This document shows positions 1 through 14,055 of a stretch of DNA of 64,000 nucleotides, piece by piece. This DNA is from Leptogorgia sarmentosa (taxonomy: Eukaryota). Numbering within the stretch: the first letter of the stretch is position 1; each line of letters begins with the position of its first letter. The notes under the pieces are model-generated. The model worked only from the letters and a program-made list of their open reading frames with translations. It was not told the origin of the DNA and made no database searches. The DNA is taken from contig OZ210885.1 in NCBI GenBank assembly GCA_964658305.1, forward strand, positions 13,454,001-13,518,000, in the 5' to 3' direction. The translations under genes and the position numbers were made by a program.

Positions 1-929
1 GGCTTCAAATATTTAGATTGAGTTATAGCTGAGAACGCCTTATAGTGATCATGGTGAACGAAATTGTTAATTTGAATGTTGTATTTGTTAATCATATCTT
101 CCAAATTCTGTTTACAATCCTTACCCATATACATTAATATTATTTCCCGAGTTTATGTTCTGAATATCCGGCAAGAGATGTATTCAGCGAATTGGAAAAA
201 TGCGAACATCTGTTCTGGAGTCCGACAGCCGAAAGTGTGCAACCCTTTAGAGAAATAGTCCAAGATGTTGGCGCTGTAATGTCTTTGTACACAAGGCAAA
301 GCTAACCCAGAGTCCGGAATAGTACATTCAATGCAAATTGAATGAGATGAACTGCATAAATTTTTTTTGGGATCACTTCGCGGCTTGGTTACCAAGCACT
401 GATCCAATTCTGAATCTAAACAGAAAATATTGTCTTTTCTTTTTCTTTTGTTTTTCTAATCCAGGCCCAAACAAAAAAATTCTGACCCTAACAACAAAAT
501 GCTAAGAAAAAAGGCTTGAAAGAAAGCAAACAAAATGACAAAAAACCAACTCGCTGCTGGCGATTCGGGACCATATCCTCTGAGCTAACGAAGCTCGACA
601 AAATTGCCGGTAAAAACCTTTTATATCAATTGATTTTGCAATACAATATATAAAGTACCCGCAGTTACGAAGCAAGTGATCCCCATTTGCCAATGATTGC
701 CAACCGCATACGTTTGGTTATCATTTGGCTATGAATGTATCCTGATATTGCAGTGTTAAGTGCATTGTTCATGGTGAATCCAACCACGACAGACAGAGCA
801 GTCCGTTTTGTTCTACCAATGCTGTGGACTTACTCTAGAAACTTAGATTCCCCTGGCGGAGTAGCGGCAATTGATGGGACCAGACGCGAGATACAACGAC
901 CTCAAACGGTACCACAGCAGCAGTTCTAT

Positions 930-1249
930 CAGGGATTATTCTAAGGAAATTTTATCACTGCACAAAAGCACAAAAAAATATAAAAATCTGTGAATATAAA
1001 GTTGTGTTGGAAAATGTCTGACTGCCCAATTCAGAACATCAAACTGTTTCCTATTTTCCTATTTAGCTTTTTGCTAAAATATGTAAAGTTATGAAACTAT
1101 TGCTGTTGTATATGCTTAAAGTCATTCCCAAATTCTAATAAATGATGAATAACATATTTTATTCACTGCACAAAATGTATTTTATCACTGCACAATTCTC
1201 ATTTATCACTGCACAAATTGGTTATCACTGCACCTTAGAATAATCCCTG
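930..1249. mobile_element. Non-autonomous hAT-like MITE
   Basis: TIR CAGGGATTATTCTAAGG/CCTTAGAATAATCCCTG, 8-bp TSD AGTTCTAT, internal ATCACTGCACAA repeats. Confidence 0.8.
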
Positions 1250-2190
1250 AGTTCTATAGTGCCAGCGACATAAATAGAGCGCTTTGCGATTGTTTGTGAA
1301 AAATGTGGCTCTCTAAAAACCAAATTTACCTTAAATATTCCGTCCATTCATGCAGCATTTGCCTAGACGCTAAAGAGTATTTATGATCGGTATGTGTGTA
1401 GGTTCAAAACAGAATACTTGAAACTATATCTGATTTCGTTTGTTTTGTCTCGGGCTTAATAAACGCACAAACCCGTTTTAATACAAGCTACAAATTCTAT
1501 TTTCCTGGGATTGAATGTTTCAACCATTCTGTATGGCAAAGCGTCAAAATATAGTAGATATTCCGTGATCACAATGACACCGCGGGTCCGCGGGCAGTCC
1601 AAACAGTCATGTACAAATGTGTCAGTGCCGACACGCTTTACTTGTAAAGGAAGCTCATATAACTATCAGGCAGTAATCAATGCTTGAAATTATATTATTA
1701 TTGTAATCAACCTTATAACTTAAGATAGCTAACACTAAAACAGAAGAAGATATTTTAGACACAGTCACGAAATATGTTGCTTGAGACGTGATATGTTGCT
1801 ATACAAAGAAAAATCGTTTGCTCTGTTTCGACTTGCTGTTTCATATTTTTTAATATGAACGCCGAACGTGTAAATTTTTCAAACGACTTCATGAAAGCGA
1901 TTAAACGTTTTTTCCTGATCGTTCGAACGGTTTGTCAAGAATTTTATGACGATTTTGTCCGAACGTTTCAACGGCCAAATAGCAGCTCTGAACGATCTGC
2001 GAAAACGTTTTAACGAAAAGCTAAAGCGTATAAACGGTAAACGAACGGTAAACGAACGATTTTCCCGACCATTTGGCAAAAGCGTTAAAGTATGAAATCC
2101 CATGGAAGGTCACATATTATTATATATTTACCTGCTCAGATTCTTCACCTTCGATTCTTAGATTTCTCAGCGTAAAAGTTCACCTTTCTT

Positions 2191-3378
2191 TTAATTGATC
2201 TCAGCTTTGACTTTGTTTCTTAAGATCTTCCACTGCTGTACGTCTCCTAAATGGAAGGCTTTTTGGCGCTTTTTTATAAGGTCCTTGATGTACGGTGTTA
2301 TCCATGGTTTATCAGTTACGTGAGTGTTCACTTGCCTCAACGGGAAATACAGCTCAATTGCGTTCATTAGTTGCGAGGTAAGCGATTCTGCTAGATTATC
2401 AACTGTAGGGTTCAGTCCAACATCTTTAAACCATTCATGTGTACTAACCCAACGACCAAAAGCATTAAGTGCTGGTTGTGAATAACGACGAAAAGTCCGT
2501 TTTACATTCTCGTTTTTACCGGTGTTATTAGTTTCAGCACAAACCGACAGCGGCGACCAGACTATTACATTGTGGTCAGATGTGCCAAGTGGCGCCAGGA
2601 TTTCTGGGTCGCTGTAAAACCTGTGGAGGTCAGTGAGAAATAAATCAAGGATTGCGTTATTCCGTGTCGGTTTTGATACGATCTGTTTAAGGTTTTGCCT
2701 TACAGATAGAACCCTGGTATTTGATCTGTTAAAGTCTCCAAGGACAAGTATGCCACAATGAGAATATCTATTGCGAACGTGATCGATAGACCATGATAAA
2801 TATTCATTTAGGTCACGCTGCTTGTGTACGTTTCGATCCGGTGGGTTATATACGACACAAATGGCAATGCTTGTTAATGGCCTTGGAAGCCGACTTGGTC
2901 GCAACCATGTCCAAATACACTCGTACTGCGAGTTTTCAAGATCCAACAAGCGTTTGCTATAAATAGAATTTGAGACGTACAAGCCAAAACCACCACCACG
3001 GCCACACACACGATCACGTCGGTATAAACAGAAACCAGTCACAGATAAAAGTTCGTCATCGATCTCTTTACGGAACCAGGTTTCCGTAACTGCGGCTACA
3101 TCAATTTTATTAACGTCCAGAAGTACCGAAAATTCATCGATTTTCGATACAAGGGATCGAGCGTTCAATAATAAAAAACGAGGCAGCCATGAGAAATTAT
3201 TATTCTGTTTTCTTGGAGTAGATTGCAAGGAAATAGGAAGGCAGTTTGTATGTGCTTTACGTACAGGTTCTTTCCTTAAGAAGCGTTTTGTAATCCTAGT
3301 CGGTATTTGATTAAATTGCTCTGCCTCTGGTAAATTCATAATGTTGTTACTTGATGGACAAGTTATATGGCTCCGCAT
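2191..3378 (-). pseudogene. Non-LTR retrotransposon ORF2 fragment: APE-like endonuclease, truncated before RT
   Basis: Motifs LNARSL, VTETW, GRGGG, VYNPP, LGDFN, PTR..ILDL, SDHN, PWIT. Confidence 0.85.
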
Positions 3379-3859
3379 AGGGGGAGGAAGGCGATTGGTT
3401 TTTGCATGTGGATTTTTGACTCGGTCTCCTCATTTACCTCATTTTCCTCATTTTCCCCCTGCAGCTGAACAAGTTTAGCCGCGAGACGCTTGCATTCAAT
3501 CTCAGCCTAAAAATAGAACGTGTATATTATATATTTAGTTGAGTGAAACATTTCTTAAGATCCAGGACTCGTTCCGGTCAAAAACAGAAAAGACTGAAGC
3601 AAAATATTTTGATAAATACTGGATAGAAATCGACAGAAATATTCATGAGAATCTTTTGTGTTGTACACGTGGGCTTTCTAATAAATTGTTCTCGATAAAA
3701 AGCGAATGCAGTAATTAACAATTATTGGATGAGGTTTTTGTGATATGCGGAATTATCAAGGTCGATGTAAGCGTTATGAGCCGAGCCGAAACCGAATTCA
3801 ATAATTGTTTTATTATACATTTGAAGAATAATAAACAATGTATTAATGCATGAAAACAG

Positions 3860-4367
3860 CCGTTGAACAAAGACCTCAACGGGTAGTACCCAATATTTCT
3901 CAATTGAGAACACGCGTAATGCCCACGCTGGACTATCGCCTAAGCTTGCTGGTCGGCGTTTCAGTATTACTCTTGATATAGTTATATAGTGTTAGATATA
4001 AACCATTTTTCTATATACTAAGAATTTCCTTAATCCCAACCCAAACCCTAGAATCCTAACCCTGACCATTGTGGTCAGATAAATATTGAGGAAAAAAAGT
4101 TTTCATCACTAACGCTGAAAAAATGTGTTGAACTGGGGTTTGAGCTATAGAACTGTAACGCACGCACCGCGCGCCTTACCACTTGAGCTACATCGAGCTT
4201 GCTGCTGACCACTCTGGCCTGGCTAAATGCATATGATTATAGACCCGGGTAATTACTGTTCATAATTTGCTAGGCCAGGCTACTTAGACGATAGTCCAGC
4301 GTGGGCATTACCCATGTTCTCAATTGAGAAATATCGGGTACTACCCGTTGAGGTCTTTGTTTAACGG
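3860..4367. mobile_element. Element with ~85-bp terminal inverted repeats
   Basis: CCGTTGAACAAAGACCTCAACGGGTAGTACC... is mirrored at ~4283-4367. Confidence 0.65.
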
Positions 4368-6046
4368 GTGATGAAAAACTTCATTTATGAAAACATAGGC
4401 TCATTTTGTACATAATTAGTTATCTGCTAGCAGATGGGGGGCAATACTAAAACATCAATATCTCCGCTAACACTCGTACGTGATTCTGTACTTTCTGCGA
4501 TCATTCTGCTAGCAGATAACTGGATTTCCTGTAGGTTGCGTGATTGCGCGATTTAACTGTAAGCTCTTAGCCAATCAGATTGCTTTTACCATCTACAATG
4601 TATAATAATCCACCTTGTCTGGTTGTAGAGTCGATGCTACATTAAGTCGCTGGTTCAGTGATAAACAATAAATCCTTTAATAAGTAAAAATACAATTATG
4701 GCGTGGATTCATGCTTGCCACGCCAGATCCACGCCACTGGTTCCTAATTTTCATTGGAGCACCACTGACCACAACTAACTTTGAGCCCACTAAAGACTTG
4801 TTTTGGCCAAAATATTTTGGTTTTTGCAAAGGATTTTTCGGTTTTTCTTCCTTTTTTGACATTCTGATATCATTTGCTGCCTTCAAGACGACTGGAGAAG
4901 TGGCGACATCCATTCTAGCTAGTTAAAAATTAAGCGACACAGATATTCAGAGCTCGAAAATCTCATTTGAAACTTGAAAGGTAGTCTTTATAGAAAATAT
5001 TTCATTCAATTTTTTGCATAAAAAAGGGATTACATTTACCTTTTTGGTTGAAAAAACTCTGCTTTTTTTATAAGGATTGTGAAACCGTTTCAGCCGTGCA
5101 AAAATTCGGCCTTTTCGTCTTGATTTTTTCAATATAAAAACAAAATTTCGGCTTTTTTTTACAAAAACATCGTCGGTCGGAAACATGAGACCGCTGTTGG
5201 TCAGTAGAAATTATGTGAGAAATAGGAACCAGTGGCGTCAGCAACGGTAAAATCCGCCATGTTTTTGGCTTCACTCCTTTGTATGGAAAAAGTCGAGTGC
5301 ACTCTCTCCAGTAATATTATATCTCAGTGATCCAACCATGTGTTCGCACTTTTTGGCGATTACGTCATTGTCAATAATGTCCCGTATTTATCTTAAATCG
5401 TTTGCACACTGGTCTTTGTGCATTTTCGGCCACCGAGGTTTTTAAGTGATCAACCTGCAAATAAATAAATGTAAAATATTCAATGCGAAATCCAAACACG
5501 TAGGTTTCTCCTCGTGTTCTGGAGACACAAGTTTTATTGCCTATTAATTTTCAAGAAGATTGAAAATGATCTCCGCAACCTTGTTGTATTATACAAACGT
5601 AAAATACCTTCTCGTAATTTTCCAGCCTTCTTTCTATCGATTCTTTTTTCCGTAGATCCTAAAGATAATTACGAAAGAATTTTTTCACTGTTTAAAAATC
5701 TCCCACAGAACACTTGAATGAAAAAACACAGGACACACGAACGATCCATCCAGTCACGTACTTCTTGTTTGTCAATTTCTTGTTGCATATTTTGCTCCGT
5801 CAATTTCTCTAAATAACGTAAGAAAAAGCAATCAAGTTACCATGAAGAGTAACTAATCAATGATGGTATTAAGAAATAATAAAAAATCCTTACTCAACTT
5901 TTTCTTGTACCCCTCAATAATGATTCATATTTAGCCTAAAGGAATGAAAGTATCTGATTACTTCACATCACGATATCACGGTTCATTTACAGCAACAACT
6001 AAGTCATCGGCTTCACAATTTTTAGATCAATTTCTTATAGAAATAC

Positions 6047-6165
6047 CATAGGTAGCCCAGCGCACGCATGACGTAACATTCAGTAGTATAATATGATCAT
6101 ATATATCATAATATATCATATTATACTACTCGATGTTACGTCATGCGTGCGTTGGGCTACCTATG
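6047..6165. mobile_element. Palindromic P-element-like MITE
   Basis: CATAG...CTATG termini, near-perfect fold-back, 7-bp TSD GAAATAC. Confidence 0.75.
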
Positions 6166-8108
6166 GAAATACTCCTCCAGCCGTATTATAACAAGATATG
6201 ATCTTATATCCACGTATAACATGTGCATTTATATTTAATAAAGCACCGATCGTTCTACATGTGTTGTTAGATTATTGAAAGTTTGTGCAGGATGGCGTTT
6301 CAACATGAGGCTGAATGGATAATACATTAAAAAACGTATGACAGTTTCTTTCGTGTGGCGAAGGACATGAACTTCATCTCGTAACTCTCGAGATTCTTGA
6401 GCCAGACTTTGAAGTTGTGCTATCTATAATACAAAAAAACACGACTCAAAAACATGTCAGTGCTTTTTATGTTTTAATGTAATTGCTGTTCTTTAAATTC
6501 GATCTACTCACTCGCTCACAAAAACTTAAGTGTTCTTTCTCGTACGAGTCGCATCTAGTACGAAGTTCATCCCGATCCATAAATAATAGTGAAATTTGTA
6601 AAGAAAAAACCGACTCTTGAAAAAAGAAAGAAAACAAAACAAACAATCCAGTAGTAGGAAGAGTTTCAACACGAACATACTTGACTCAAGAGCGCAGTTC
6701 TCTTCCCTTAGTTGTTCCACCTCTTCCCTTAATTGTTCCGCCTCTAGTCGAAGCCTGAAACATTCATCAGGATCTCTGCAAAAATAATTGCCTGTCAGGG
6801 ACTGTAGTATCTTCATATCTCTGATTTTATGAGTAATACAAGCAAGCATTTCAAACGCTTCTTAAAAACTTTCCAGTAGTTACTGCATACAGTAAACACA
6901 TTGTTTATTGGACGACATAGAACCATAGAACTTAATTATACTATAGTCTTAAAATGTAATGCAATGTTAATGCAACAATGGGGGGCTCAACTTGCTTTGC
7001 CCTGCATCGCACTTGTGCTTTACTGCAGTGTATAGTCCACTTCAAGAAAAAGATTTATAAATTTTTAAAGCAGTTTACGAACCCATGTTGGGTGTTACGA
7101 GTTCTTAACCGATTTTTAAGAACTCGCACTTTTAGTTCTTCATTTTCCGCTTCGAGAATAGAGTTGTTCTCTCTCAACAATGATAACTACATTGTAAGAA
7201 TTAAAACAAATTTATATGTATACCTACAAGCCATCACTTTTCTTTATTGATTGTTGTAAACTTATGCTGACAAAACCTGGTTTAGTCATTTACTCAGCGT
7301 TACACAATGTAATAGTGCCACTAAAAAAAATTAATGATCGACCATAACAGTACATATGCTCATACTTGTCCATCTTGTTCATGACATCTTTGCGAGATGT
7401 CTTCATTTTCTTGAATTGATAAATTCAATCGATGCTGAAAAAATACACATAATTACACTGTTGAATTGTAATGTATCTCCTAATATTTTTTTCTATTTAG
7501 TCCATTTTTTACTACACATACACAGTTACAGTTGCAGTGTGTTTAAAAACAATCCTGTATCTCTAGATCTTGAAATGCATCATAATAAATATCAACAGGA
7601 CTTGAAACATCCCCATTTTGTAACTACACCAACAAAAAAATGTTCACATTAATTTTTCTGTTCATTTTTCAATACATAATGAGAAGACGCTGCACAATAT
7701 ACCTCTTGAATGGCATGCATGATTACTTCTTGCATGATTACTTAAGTTCTCTTCTTTATTTTTTCCAGCTGTACCCGAAGGCTGAAACGTTCATGATCTC
7801 TGCAAAAATAATTGCCTGTCAGGGACTGTAGTATCTTCATATCTCCTGAATTTATGAGTAATACAAGCATTTCAAACGCTTCTTGAAAACTTTCCAGTAG
7901 TTACTGTATACAGTAACAATAGAACCATAGAACTTAATTATACTAGTCTTTAAATGTTATGGAATGTTAATGCAACAATGGGGGGCTCAACTTGCTTTTC
8001 CCTGCATCGCACTTGTGCTTTACTGCAGTGTATAGTCCTCTTCAAGAAAAAGATTTATAAATTTTTATAGCAGTTTACGAACCCATATTGGTTATTATCA
8101 GTTCTTAA

Positions 8109-8655
8109 AGAATGAGTCTCGGGGTAATGCATTGCGCGCTTGGTCAATGCTTGATCGGCCATTTTTAGGGTGCACGGAAAATGGCGACGTAGCTATCTTT
8201 AGAGTGTGCAGTTTGATTCTGCGGACATCTCATCACTTTTGATTGAATATTCATCATTTTTTAATTAATACTGTCACTATTCTCTATTTTTCCGTGATAT
8301 TTCGTATTTATTTAGCAAGTCCGTAAATAATAGTATCATACTGCTAGCCATGTCTGTGAGCGGCGCATCGGCCCCAAAGCGTGGAAGTCTTAAAGATGAT
8401 ATCGGATGGTTGATCGTCTTCGATATCGTATTGCGAGACATTTAAATCTTCATCGGTCTCCGAATCAGACATTTCATTTAGAAAAAGATCAAAAGGTTTG
8501 TGAACGGATAGCAAAATGCCGAGTTGTCATATGTAATACGAGAGCAACGCTGCAACAGACGCAATATTATGCAAATCGCAATTGCTACTGTGACGTCATT
8601 CCTGGTTGTAAACAATAACAATAAGCGCGCAATGCATTACCCTGAGACTCATTCT
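8109..8655. mobile_element. Kolobok-like MITE inserted in a Hook exon copy
   Basis: TTAA TSD; TIR AGAATGAGTCTC.GGGTAATGCATTGCGCGCTT. Confidence 0.75.
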
Positions 8656-9568
8656 TTAACTGTTTTTAAGAACTTGAACTTTCAGATCTTCATTTTTCGC
8701 TTCAAGTATGGAATTGTGCTCTCTCAACGATGCCATAACTACATTGTAGGAATTAAAGCAAATTTATATGTATACCTACAAGCCATCACTTTTCTTTATT
8801 GATTGTTGTAAACTTATGCTGACAAAACCTGGTTTAGTCATTTACTCAGCGTTACACAATGTAATATGTGCCACTAAAAAAAATTAATGATCGACCATAA
8901 CAGTACATATGCTGATACTTGTCCATCTTGTTCATGACATCTTTGCGAGATGTCTTCATTTTCTTAAATTGATAAATTCAATCGATGCTGAAAAAATACA
9001 CATAATTACACGGTTGAATTGTACTGTATCTCCTAATATTTTTTTCTATTTAGTCCATTTTTTACTACACATACACAGTACATATGCTCATACTTGTCCA
9101 TCACGTTCATGACATCTTTGAGAAACGTCTTCATTTTGGGCCAAAACAAAACTCAATTGATGCTGAAAAAATGCACATAATTACACTGTTCAATTGTACT
9201 GTATCTCCTAATATTATTTTCCATTTAGTCCATTTTTTACTACACATACACAGTTACAGTTGCAGTGTGTTTAAAAACAATCCTGTATCTCTAGATCTTG
9301 AAATGCATCATAATAAATATCAACAGGACTTGAAACATCCCCATTTTGTAACTACACCAACAAAAAAATGTTCACATTAATTTTTCTGTTCATTTTTCAA
9401 TACATAATGAGAAGACGCTGCACAATATACCTCTTGAATGGCATGCATGATTACTTCTTGCACGTCATCTGCCAGTTTCATGATTTTTGTTATGAATTCT
9501 AATAGAAAATATCTACCATTAATAAATTGTTTAATATCTATAGTGGCATTGCACTTGCACATGATCTA

Positions 9569-10620
9569 CACCTTTTCCAGGTCATTTTCAGTGATTTCTA
9601 AACGAATTTCAGAAAACGCAGGTCAATTTCAGACATTTGCAAGTGAGGTTCAGTTAATACAAGTCTATTTCAGACATTGACACATTCATTTCAAAAGTGT
9701 TCGAATGAATTTCAGGTTAAGGAAATGAAGGTGCAGAAGTGCAAGTGAATTTCAGAAATGTTCAAGTAAACTTCAGATAATGCAATACAATTTCACGCAA
9801 TTCATAATGGATTTCAGACTCATTCATTTTGAATTCAAGAATATTTTAGCATTACCTTCATTCATATAAGGAAATGAAGTTCAAATAAGGAAATGAAGGT
9901 GCAGAAGTGCAAGTGAATTTCAGAAATGTTCAAGTAAACTTCAGATAATGCAATACAATTTCACCCAATTCATAATAGATTTCAGACTCATTTTGAATTC
10001 AAGAATATTTTAGCATTACCTTCATTCATAAATTTTTGTTACATGATTATTACAAACAAAATTTTTTTGCTACAATCTAACAAATACCATCATATTACTT
10101 CTATCTGTGGGCGATATTCGATTATAAAGACAACGAGGCATTGTACTGTAGAGTAACAAGAGCAAGCGAGGTTACAAGTAGGAGATTTAAGTCCAACGTT
10201 TTATGATCGTCTGCTTGCCAACCAGAACTACAGCTCTTTTTAAACCTATCGTTGTTGTATTTGCATGTAATTTCCTACGGTATTTTCTTGCTTATATGCA
10301 CACAGGTATTAATCCCTGTAATTCTAAGGGAATAGACAGATTGAGCGTGTCTGAATTTTGTTTGGTATTCCCTGAAATGTACTTGTTAATGTTTGAATTT
10401 CAATTGCAAATATCTGATTTTGTTATGGAGAATCTGGATATCTTTTGGACTAATCTGAAATTTACCTGACATATTTGCAAACATTTGGAAATATATGAAT
10501 TTCATTTGGAAAATTTGAATATCAGTTATAAAGTTCTGAAATTTATTTGTCTAAACTGAATATTATCTCTAAATATTTGAATTTCATCTTGAATTGTCTG
10601 AAAATGACCTGGAAAGGGTG
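9569..10620. mobile_element. Non-autonomous DNA transposon, EnSpm-like ends
   Basis: TIR CACC(C/T)TTTCCAGGTCATTTTCAG, TA on both flanks, internal GAATTTCAG-type repeats. Confidence 0.6.
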
Positions 10621-10689
10621 TAGTCTCTACATGCAGCTAAGATAAAATTAGCCTGTAGGTGGTACACTTCAGGAACCAAAGCAGCAGGG

Positions 10690-11314
10690 CATAGGCGTAC
10701 GAGGGGGTGGGGCTGGGGGGGCTGCAGCCCCCCCAAATTTTTTGAGAATTCATCTATTCGGGCAAAAATTGTCTTGTCATTCGGGCAGCGACGGTCTGGT
10801 GATTAGATAAAAATGTTGTTACGCTAGTAACTTTCTCTTTCTCTGTTTGGCTAGGGGGAACGGGGGGGGGCTCAGCCCCCCAAAAGGCTGAAGGACTGCG
10901 CCGTAAAAAGATGAAATCCGGGTAGAAATTAGGGGGGGGACGATGACTACCCATGTGACTACCAATCTCAATCCAAACATTTTCACAAATCTCACCCCAG
11001 AAACACGCTAAATCGCCATTGATGGATTCCAGATTTCAAAATTTTCCCGGGGGAGAATCCCCCCGGACCCCCCTAGATACCATCGCGCCTTCCCCGTTTG
11101 CTTCGCCCCCCCCCCAAAAAGAATGCAGAAGGTCTGGCTTCGCCACTGGGGACGACATATTTCTCTTTATATCAATTTTCAAAGGAAAGCTTTTCATTTA
11201 TAGTATTCTCAGATTATATAATATTATGATGACGTCACGAAATCTATGACGTCATGTAATTCGGGCAAATTCAGCCCAGCCCCCCCCCCCAAAAAATGTG
11301 CCCGTACGCCTATG
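10690..11314. mobile_element. hAT-like MITE
   Basis: TIR CATAGGCGTACG, 8-bp TSD CAGCAGGG. Confidence 0.85.
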
Positions 11315-11855
11315 CAGCAGGGTAAGGTACAAGGTTAAAATGCACTGTTTTGTACAAAGATTACCTTGTTTCCCATCACAAGTGACGGCACATCCGAGAA
11401 TTAATTGGAGCAACCGCCCCAACTCCTTCTTGTCATGTTTTTCAGCTGTAATTTAGAAATATTGTGAACTGAAATACTGATGCAATATCAAAGTGTTAAA
11501 ATTCATAAAATCTGTGTACTGGTATAGATCTGTTAATTGGTAGGACTTACTAATACAAGCAACTTCAGGCAGTGCAAATTGGTCCATTTCAATATTGGGA
11601 ACCTGTAGTTGAAATAAAGATTTTTTTACATGAAAAAGTAATATAAAGTAATATAGAGACGTAAATAAGTCGTTAGTCCCCGAGCCACGGCGCGAAGCGC
11701 CGTCCGGGCGGTCATACTAAATACCGTCAACTACCGTCAACCACCGTCAACAGGTGGATAAATACCGTCAACAAGCGACAACAAGCAGCAAATACCGTCA
11801 ACAAGCAGAAAATTCCGTAAATTTATATATCTAAACATGTTTAAATCTTAATTAA

Positions 11856-12190
11856 CTAAATTCGATAAATTGGGTGGTTCTTGTAGTATGCGAAGTTTAA
11901 CACCAGTTCTACGCAGGTGCGGACTCTCAGCTCGCATGACAATGTTTCATCACCTTGAATTGCGACCGAAACTGAGTTGAACAGGCAATTACCATCGCCT
12001 TTCACATGGACTGGTACTCGGGATACCGTTCCGCACAAGTTGATCACAGACTGGGAATACTCGTGAATCATGTTGCTGGTTGGTAAATCCGATTGCTTCC
12101 TTTGATTCGGCTGCTTGAAGGGATGATTCTTGAGTAGAATCGACTCCAGGATCGCGGCATGGTTAAGATTCTTTTCATTAATTTTGGTAA
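11856..12190 (-). pseudogene. OTU-like/vertnin-like cysteine protease fragment
   Basis: VKGDGNCLFNSVSVAIQGDE..ELRVRTCVEL motif; truncated. Confidence 0.6.
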
Positions 12191-12348
12191 AAAAACCTAA
12201 CAAATATAAAATGCGTAACAAAGGGCAATGGGATGTTTAAGCCATACTTCATATTTAAAGTTTCGTGAATATTCGGATAGCGTGTGAAGGCATTTCTTCT
12301 TGCTGGTCTTGTCGAGATTTTCAAAGTGAGCAGGAGGTTTGCGCCCTG

Positions 12349-12586
12349 GGGCCGGTTGTACGAGCCCGTTTAGCCTAAACGGTGGATAAGCCAAAATTTA
12401 ATAACACTCTCACAACTCTTGTAAACGTATGAATTTAAATTTCATGCACTAAATACGTAGTGGCAGTCATAGATGTTCTGTTCATGTTGAAAACTTTCAG
12501 TTTTGTTGTCCAGTGAATGAATAGACTTGTTTTTATTTTTCAATTTATCCACCGTTTAGGTTAAACGGGCTTCGTACAACCGGCCC
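12349..12586. mobile_element. PIF/Harbinger-like MITE
   Basis: TIR GGGCCGGTTGTACG..CCCGTTTAGCCTAAACGGTGGATAA, CWG flanks. Confidence 0.75.
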
Positions 12587-13303
12587 CAGATTTCAAAAAA
12601 TCGTGGACGTCTTGCACAGAAGCCTCAAGCCTACACAGAATTAATACATCAAAATGTTTATTTTGTAAAGAAACAAGAAAGCATAGTTGTTTGGAAATAA
12701 CAACACTACAATCTATAACAATTGATATTGCCAGTAGAGTAAAGTTATAGACTTATAGTGTACTACGCGATCTAAGTGAGTGACACTGAGAGGAGACTTT
12801 ACTCGAACATACCTTATATTTAGCGATGTTCACTCCAGATTCCAGCCATTCAACTCCAGCGCAGCTAGGGTTACAACTCGAGGCAGTATTAAAGGCCATT
12901 TTTACAAAAATATTTTAGAAACTACGACTTGAAAACAGTCCACGTGTATCCCAGTTCGAAGGATGGCAAAATTTCTGACCGGATGTCAATCATGCGCACC
13001 CCTTGCGCATGTGCAGAACTACAATAGTCATAAATTTCGCGTCACACCTGCATCTTCGAGAAATTAGCAAAACCATTGCTATTATACTAGCTCTATCCTT
13101 CTTACCCATTCTTTTGGTGTTTTCTCTATTTAAGTCCTTGTTGTCATGATCTTGCTTTTCCACAAAAAAATGATTTTGCTGATCATGTTTAAAGTGTAAC
13201 AATTTCCTAAAAATTACTCTGATTTATTATTTGAAGATGTTTGGTGAAAATGGTCGGCATCTTGTGGAATATGAACATTATCACGAAAGAATTAGGCAAC
13301 TTT

Positions 13304-13374
13304 GCGTTGGTGGTTCAGTGGTAGAATTCTCGCCTGCCACGCGGGAGACCGGGGTTCGATTCCCCGCTAACGCA
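13304..13374 (+). tRNA. tRNA-Gly: tRNA-Gly(GCC)
   Basis: Full cloverleaf, A and B boxes. Confidence 0.9.
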
Positions 13375-13458
13375 GGTTATTTTCATTTTGTTGCATTTCA
13401 ACTTCAACACGAAAAACAAACTGGCTTTGTAACACGGGAATAGTGAAAAAGTTATCAC

Positions 13459-13530
13459 TCCCATGTGGTCTAGTGGTTAGGATCTGGCGTTTTCACCGCC
13501 ATGGCCCTGGTTCCATTCCCGGTGTGGGAA
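13459..13530 (+). tRNA. tRNA-Glu: tRNA-Glu(TTC), T-loop variant
   Basis: Full length; TTCCA in T loop. Confidence 0.75.
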
Positions 13531-13832
13531 TTTTTTCTAAAAATTTCAATTTGAACAGCTTGTGTTCACATTCTCAAACTCTGCTGTTTTACCAGACCAG
13601 TGCTTTAACCCCTGAGCTAAAGAGGCAACTTCTTCCCTGTAGAAACTCAGAACATAAATCCAATTAAGAAGTTGATTCCCCGTATTATCACGTGTTTTCA
13701 TGAAATAAACTCACTTGAAAAATTTTGTTTCTGGTCACACTTATACAATCTGGAGAGTTAACTGCATACCTTGTAACCAATCACAAAAAGTAAATGGATG
13801 AATTCTTATTCACGATGGATACTTATTGCCAC

Positions 13833-13905
13833 AGCCTCATCAGAGAATTGAACTCTGGACCCCTGGTTTACGAAACCAGTGCTCTAACCCCTGAGCTAAT
13901 GAGGC
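13833..13905 (-). tRNA. tRNA-Thr: tRNA-Thr(CGT)
   Basis: Full cloverleaf. Confidence 0.9.
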
Positions 13906-14055
13906 GACATGCTAAAATTTTCCTAGCATGTTTTTTCTAACATAGTACTCTTCCAGTAGCTTTTTCATTTCATCAGCTTTAATTCACTGAACAGAACAAG
14001 GAATACAATCTGGGCGTTTGTCTTCCACGTTCTTCAAAGTTTCAGAAGAAAACAA

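Larger units (their letters stand above)
6340..11602 (-). pseudogene. HOOK: Hook-family (microtubule-tethering protein) gene fragment, multi-exon, decayed, with duplicated exons
   Basis: GT-AG exons 11602-11551 (VPNIEMDQFALPEVACI), 11445-11365 (EKHDKKELGRLLQLILGCAVTCDGKQ), 9498-9431 (FITKIMKLADDVQEVIMHAIQE); further exons NEDISQRCHEQDGQ, EQLREENCALES, DRDELRTRCDSYEKE, LAQESRELRDEVHVLRH follow in Hook order; damaged splice sites and a stop codon. Confidence 0.8.

Noticed and set aside
7356..9380. Repeated plus-strand ORFs beginning MLILVH
   Set aside because: Antisense to the duplicated Hook exons and introns
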